Program-made: the position numbers and the translations under genes | Shown here: positions 62,535 through 64,000 of the stretch, one piece after another | Position numbering within the stretch: the stretch's first letter is position 1 | How the letters are laid out: each line of letters begins with the position of its first letter | NCBI GenBank assembly: GCA_904063045.1 | Contig: CAJFCJ010000020.1 | Location: 1,294,916-1,358,915 of the forward strand | DNA from: Dimorphilus gyrociliatus | Taxonomy: Eukaryota > Animalia > Annelida | DNA length: 64,000 nt | Reading direction: 5' to 3' | The notes under the pieces: generated by a model | What the model was told of the DNA's origin: nothing | The model's database searches: none | What the model saw: only the letters and a program-made list of their open reading frames with translations

Positions 62535-64000
62535 ATGGCTCTTAAAACGAAAAATGAGTTTGGAATTGCGGATTATATTGTTTTTTCTTTGGTTTTAATA
62601 ATTTCAGCTTCCATTGGAATATTTTATGGATGTTTCGGATCAAAGCAACAGACCACACAAGAATTTTTAATGGCTAATCGGAGAATGTCTATAATTCCAG
62701 TTTCGATGTCTTTACTAGCTTCCTTTATGTCAGCTATTACATTATTAGGAACGCCCGCCGAAATTTATGTATTTGGAACAGAATATTGGCTAATATGGAT
62801 TGGGTACTTTATAATGATACCCTTAGCTGCTCACGTATTCGTTCCAATATTCTATAAGCTTAAACTAACAAGCGTATTCGAGGTAAAAAAAAAAAGCTAA
62901 AGTTATTAAACTTCTTTCTTTTTATCTTAATAATCTCTTATAAAAACTCTTCTTTCTTATTCTTTTTTTGCTTCAGTACTTGGAAATGAGATTCTGTAAA
63001 GGAGTGAGAATATTTGCAGCAGTAGTTTTCATTATACAAATGATTATGTACTTGGCAATTGTTCTTTATGCCCCATCGTTAGCATTAAACGCCGTAACTG
63101 GTATTAACGTTTGGATATCCGTTTTGAGCGTTGGTTGTGTTTGTACGTTCTATACGTCAATAGTAAGTAGAAAGGATGTTAATTATAGTAGGCCTATATT
63201 TAAAGTTAATAACCTCGTGTAGTCGTTCCCTTTCATATAAAAGTTCTTTTTATTGTTTAGGGGGGAATGAAGGCAGTCATGTGGACCGATACATTTCAAG
63301 TGTGTATGATGATGGCTGGTTTGTTTGCAGTTTTAATTCAAGGTTCAATAGATTTTGATGGTTTTTCCAACATATGGAACATTAATAAGAGAGGAGATCG
63401 AGTTGAATTTTTCAAGTACATTTTATAGAATAATTATTATCCTCTTGACAATTTTATTTCATTTCTTTTCTCTGTCACTAGTTTTGATCCAGATCCTTTA
63501 AAACGGCATACAGTTTGGAGTCTAATTTTTGGTGGTGCATTTACTTGGTTAGCAATATATGGTGTGAATCAAGCACAAGTCCAAAGGGCTTTAACAACTC
63601 GTACTCTTCGGGAATCTCAATTGTTAGCATGTTTATATAAGACAGTTGTTATATCATATTTCTGGTTTTTTTTAGCGCACTATGGATCAATTTTCCGGGA
63701 CTAACATTAATTTTGACAATTACTGGACTTTGTGGAATGGTTATTTACGCTCAATATGAAAATTGCGATCCTATTGAATTTCATGATATTCCTCGTGATC
63801 AACTTTTGCCTCTCTACGTTATGGATAATTTAGCTCATATTAAAGGTTTAGCTGGTTTATTCACAGCATGCCTGTTTAGTGGAGCACTTAGGTTTAAAAG
63901 ATTCTTTTTTTACTTTAAACATCGGATATTTATTCTATTTTAAATGCAATGTGTTTGAAATTATAGTACAATTTCATCTGGCTTGAATTCTCTGTCTGCT
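62535..64000 (+). CDS. SLC5 sodium/solute symporter (SMCT/SMVT-like), partial, runs off the window
   Basis: [45 protein letters not shown]|[47 protein letters not shown] and [12 protein letters not shown]. Confidence 0.93.

Noticed and set aside
1-64000. CRISPR arrays, transposons, rRNA/tRNA, prokaryotic operons
   Set aside because: I saw no spaced direct repeats, transposase/RT motifs, terminal inverted repeat pairs or structural RNA signatures; the gene structure is spliceosomal throughout.

Overview
AT-rich, gene-dense eukaryotic window with many short (mostly about 54-90 nt) spliceosomal introns. It resembles a compact invertebrate genome; a lophotrochozoan such as the annelid Dimorphilus is my guess only. 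Splicing the ORF fragments by hand gives 12 protein-coding genes: a CE4/chitin-deacetylase-like protein (+), a 26-SRCR-domain type I receptor (-), an SLC7 LAT-type transporter (-), a giant PKD1-like polycystin (+, 5' end unresolved), a divergent laminin alpha chain (-), PSMG2 (-), an SLC45 transporter (+), a chondroitin-synthase/CHPF-like type II membrane protein (-), SPG21 (+), RPS2 (-), ABHD8 (+) and an SLC5 sodium/solute symporter (+, cut by the window end). I saw no rRNA, tRNA, CRISPR array or recognisable transposase/RT. The most interesting signals: (1) an A-B-C three-domain super-repeat in the SRCR receptor, mirrored by intron positions; (2) a two-domain alternation in the polycystin PKD array; (3) a polycystin GPS lacking the catalytic His but preceded by a furin site; (4) a laminin alpha with a shortened short arm and an LN domain lacking the PLENGE loop; (5) two apparent pseudoenzymes; (6) an SLC7 with Lys at the substrate-selectivity position; (7) tandem CLEAR/M-box sites upstream of SPG21. 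Reference motifs are recalled from memory and no database searches were run.
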